DNA of 64,000 nucleotides from a virus (Duplodnaviria; Heunggongvirae; Uroviricota; Caudoviricetes): IMG/VR virus record IMGVR_UViG_2541047759_000001; one strand, 5' to 3'. Shown piece by piece: positions 61,470 to 64,000 of this stretch (position 1 is its first letter; each line of letters starts with the position of its first letter). The notes under the pieces were generated by a model. It saw only the letters and a program-made list of their open reading frames with translations, ran no database searches and was not told where the DNA came from. The position numbers and the translations under genes were made by a program.

Positions 61470-61670
61470 CACACTTTCGGTTAACTGGTTCGATGTCCGG
61501 TTTTAGTGTCTGTTTTTTGCGCATGTCCGGTTCATGGAAAGCATGTTTTTATATTTTTCATATGGTTAACTTGCAGAGAAACCGGACATGGATCCCGAAA
61601 AATTTTCATAAATAGTGAAAACGCGCGAGGTCGCCGCCCCGTAACGGGCCATAATTCCAGGAAGGACCCG
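61470..61670 (-). other. Island cos site copy 2 (inverted): cosN (61628-61639) plus phage-like cosB with ATGTCCGG repeats
   Basis: Reverse complement matches prophage 21905-22070 over cosN and the ccatgtccggtttctct.caagttaac.atatgaaaaat region. Confidence 0.75.
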
Positions 61671-61703
61671 ACGACACCAGACTATCAGAACGATGGGGGC
61701 ACA

Positions 61704-61985
61704 ATGACAGAAGCCGAAATACTGCGATTAATCCGCCGCGTTGCCGGAATCAGCCAGCAGGCCGACGAACAGACCACGCAGCCGGACAGCGTGACCGCCG
61801 AAAATTATGTTCGTGTGGTTGCTGAGGTGATTCGCCGTAATGGTATCCAGCTTAATGATGTGGATATGCGCAACATACGGATCCGCGTTCTTGAAATGCT
61901 GGCCTACAATCGCCGCGTGGCACTGTATCGGGAAACGGAGAAAATTACGTACCACTGGAAGAAGCCGGAGCGGTTGCGGCGGTAA
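61704..61985 (+). CDS. Hypothetical protein (last island gene)
   Basis: ATG 61704; 93 aa. Confidence 0.4.
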   Translation: MTEAEILRLIRRVAGISQQADEQTTQPDSVTAENYVRVVAEVIRRNGIQLNDVDMRNIRIRVLEMLAYNRRVALYRETEKITYHWKKPERLRR

Positions 61986-62423
61986 CTGGTTGATATTTTC
62001 GAAATTCGCCAGCGGCGAACATCGGGGAAACCAGCCTAACCCGTTGATATTTTCGGGAACCTCAAATTGAAGAGGTCGGAAACATAACCCGTCATATTCT
62101 GGATGCTGATAATTACCACGCAGCCCATTAAGGCCTAACCCGTTGATTCTTCCACAATCCCCCATTGGGGGAGGCTGGGCGGCCTGCTGTGGGCTTTTCC
62201 ACCATTGGTGGAAAGGCGCACATCTGGATCATCATTACGGTGATCAAGGGTATGTAAAACCCACCAGCCTGATTGACATTTAACCGGAAAAAAGCCAGGT
62301 AGCCCCGTTATGGGGATCCCCATATCGACATTAACGCCCCTCATGAATTGGCGCGCTTCCCCCTGGAAAGATGACCCGCCTGTATATTTCTTGTGTCTAT
62401 TTGTTCCACGTTGTTTCATACAG

Positions 62424-62458
62424 TGCAACGATCGGTGTAGTTAATGGTGTAGTCAATT
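62424..62458. repeat. Island attR direct repeat
   Basis: tgcaacgatcggtgtagttaatggtgtagtcaatt; matches 51272-51306. Confidence 0.75.
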
Positions 62459-62539
62459 TGCGATTTTTAGCACTTTTTGCAGTGCAAATCATTTAATTAA
62501 ATCAATGGCTTGCCTTGATGTAGTGATAAAAGGACATAT

Positions 62540-64000
62540 TTATTCATCTTTCGGTGCAGAATGCTGGCGACCAAAAATCACTTCCATCCGCGCACCGCCC
62601 AGCATGCTCTCTCCGGCGACGATTTTACCCTCATATTGCTCGGTGATTTCGCGGGCTACCGCCAGCCCCACACCTTGCCCAGGGCGTAAAGTATCAACCC
62701 GTTGACCACGGTCGAAAATGACCTCTCGCTTGCTTAATGGAATACCGGGGCCATCATCCTCGACCACAATATAGAGATGCTCGTCGGTTTGCCTTGCAGA
62801 AATTTCGACAAATTCGAGGCAATATTTACAGGCATTATCCAGCACATTACCCATCACCTCGACAAAATCGTTCTGCTCACCAACAAAGCTGATCTCTGGC
62901 GAAATATCGAGAGAGATATTGACCCCTTTGCGTTGATACACTTTGTTCAGCGCCGAGGTGAGATTGTCCAACAGTGGGGCGACCGGATGCAGCTCGCGGC
63001 TAAGCAATGTCCCGCCGCGCATACTGGCACGATGCAGGTAGTAGCCAATTTGCTGTGAAATGCGGCTGATTTGCTCCAGCATTACCGGCTCAGCATCACT
63101 GACGCTCATCTTCTCACTACGCAGAGAACGCAGCGTACTTTGCAGCACCGCCAGTGGCGTTTTCAGACTATGGGTCAGGTCGGTGAGCGTCGTACGATAT
63201 TTGTCGTAACGTTCGCGTTCACTTTTTAACAGTCGGTTCAGGTTTCGTACCAGACTGGTCAGTTCTCGCGTTGTGGCTGGATTGAGCAATTCACGGTTAT
63301 GTTCTTCCAGTTCGCGGACTTCTTTTGCCAGGGCTTCGATGGGGCGTAAACTCCACCAGGCGGCGACCCACAGCAGCGGGATCACTAACAGCAGATTGGC
63401 TGAGAGCACATAGATAAACCAGCTCCAGACCATATAGGAACTTTTTAGCTCCACCGGAATGGTATCCACCACCACAATGGTTAACTTTGGCATCCGCGAT
63501 GTTGCCGGGTAGACGTTTACCGCCACCGAGTGGGTCATCTCCGCGTCGTCATCATCTTCCCGCACTTCCTGCAACTGTTGCTGTATCGAATGATCTCCAC
63601 TCAGCAAGAGGCTGGTATCGTTAACATCCGCTTCAATTTCATGAAAACCATTCGATTTCAGCCAGTCAGGCTGGATCATCTTCATCAGCCAGGGCACGTC
63701 ACGTTGCGCCCATAAAAGCTGCCCGTTCTCATCATAAATTAGTGTCATCGTGGGGCTTTGCTTGTCGATATTTTCGGGTAACTCGACATGCAACTTATTG
63801 TTTTCCCACTTCGCAAGGGTATAGAACAGATTGCTCTCGCCACGTAACAGCCGAAACGTGGTTTTATCGAAACTGACGCTATAACCGATCAGCGCAACCA
63901 TTCCGTAGGCAAGCGAAAGCACCAATACTACTGCTGCCGTTGCTAACAGAAAACGTACCCGCAGCGAGAGCGGGAAAAAAAGATGCAGTAATTTTTTCAT
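62540..64000 (-). CDS. phoQ: Sensor histidine kinase PhoQ
   Basis: 486 aa, recognised full-length as E. coli PhoQ; start codon at the window edge. Confidence 0.97.
   Translation of the reverse strand: MKKLLHLFFPLSLRVRFLLATAAVVLVLSLAYGMVALIGYSVSFDKTTFRLLRGESNLFYTLAKWENNKLHVELPENIDKQSPTMTLIYDENGQLLWAQRDVPWLMKMIQPDWLKSNGFHEIEADVNDTSLLLSGDHSIQQQLQEVREDDDDAEMTHSVAVNVYPATSRMPKLTIVVVDTIPVELKSSYMVWSWFIYVLSANLLLVIPLLWVAAWWSLRPIEALAKEVRELEEHNRELLNPATTRELTSLVRNLNRLLKSERERYDKYRTTLTDLTHSLKTPLAVLQSTLRSLRSEKMSVSDAEPVMLEQISRISQQIGYYLHRASMRGGTLLSRELHPVAPLLDNLTSALNKVYQRKGVNISLDISPEISFVGEQNDFVEVMGNVLDNACKYCLEFVEISARQTDEHLYIVVEDDGPGIPLSKREVIFDRGQRVDTLRPGQGVGLAVAREITEQYEGKIVAGESMLGGARMEVIFGRQHSAPKDE

Larger units (their letters stand above)
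51272..62458. mobile_element. PICI-like phage satellite island (~11.2 kb) integrated between roxA and phoQ
   Basis: 35-bp direct repeats at both ends; int, alpA, primase, iteron ori, ssb, capsid/decoration/scaffold paralogs, Nu1-like gene and cos sites; no portal, large terminase or tail genes. Confidence 0.85.

Noticed and set aside
62135-62428. 97-aa minus-strand ORF at the island 3' end
   Set aside because: Lies in a repeat-rich noncoding tail, no RBS, His/Gly-rich chance frame.
1-64000. Insertion sequences or transposases
   Set aside because: No transposase-like ORF or terminal inverted repeats of IS type seen; mobility here is phage and satellite integrase-based.

Overview
This window reads as an Escherichia coli-type chromosome segment carrying two mobile elements separated by about 5 kb of host genes. 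(1) Positions 1 to ~46449 are a lambdoid prophage with Stx-phage-like architecture but no stx genes: int (running off the window start), xis, a DnaQ-like exonuclease, cI/cro, a replication initiator with internal iterons, a hok-like toxin, rusA, Q, pR'/tR', two tRNAs, nanS-p, a pinholin/SAR-endolysin/Rz/Rz1 lysis cassette, a lambda-type cos site, and a complete lambda-like head and tail gene set (Nu1 through J, lom, stf). It abuts the 3' end of potB. (2) Host genes potB, potA, pepT and roxA/ycfD follow. (3) Positions 51272 to 62458 are an ~11.2 kb PICI-like satellite island between roxA and phoQ, bounded by 35-bp direct repeats. It has its own integrase, alpA, primase with iteron origin and SSB-like protein. 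The main finding is that this satellite also encodes divergent paralogs of the prophage's major capsid (gpE), decoration (gpD) and scaffold (Nu3) proteins, a Nu1-like small-terminase N-domain protein, and two inverted cos sites carrying the same 12-nt cohesive end as the prophage, but no portal, protease, large terminase or tail genes. That makes the prophage and island a candidate helper-satellite pair on one chromosome. All protein calls rest on reading the supplied translations and recalled family signatures; no database search was possible.
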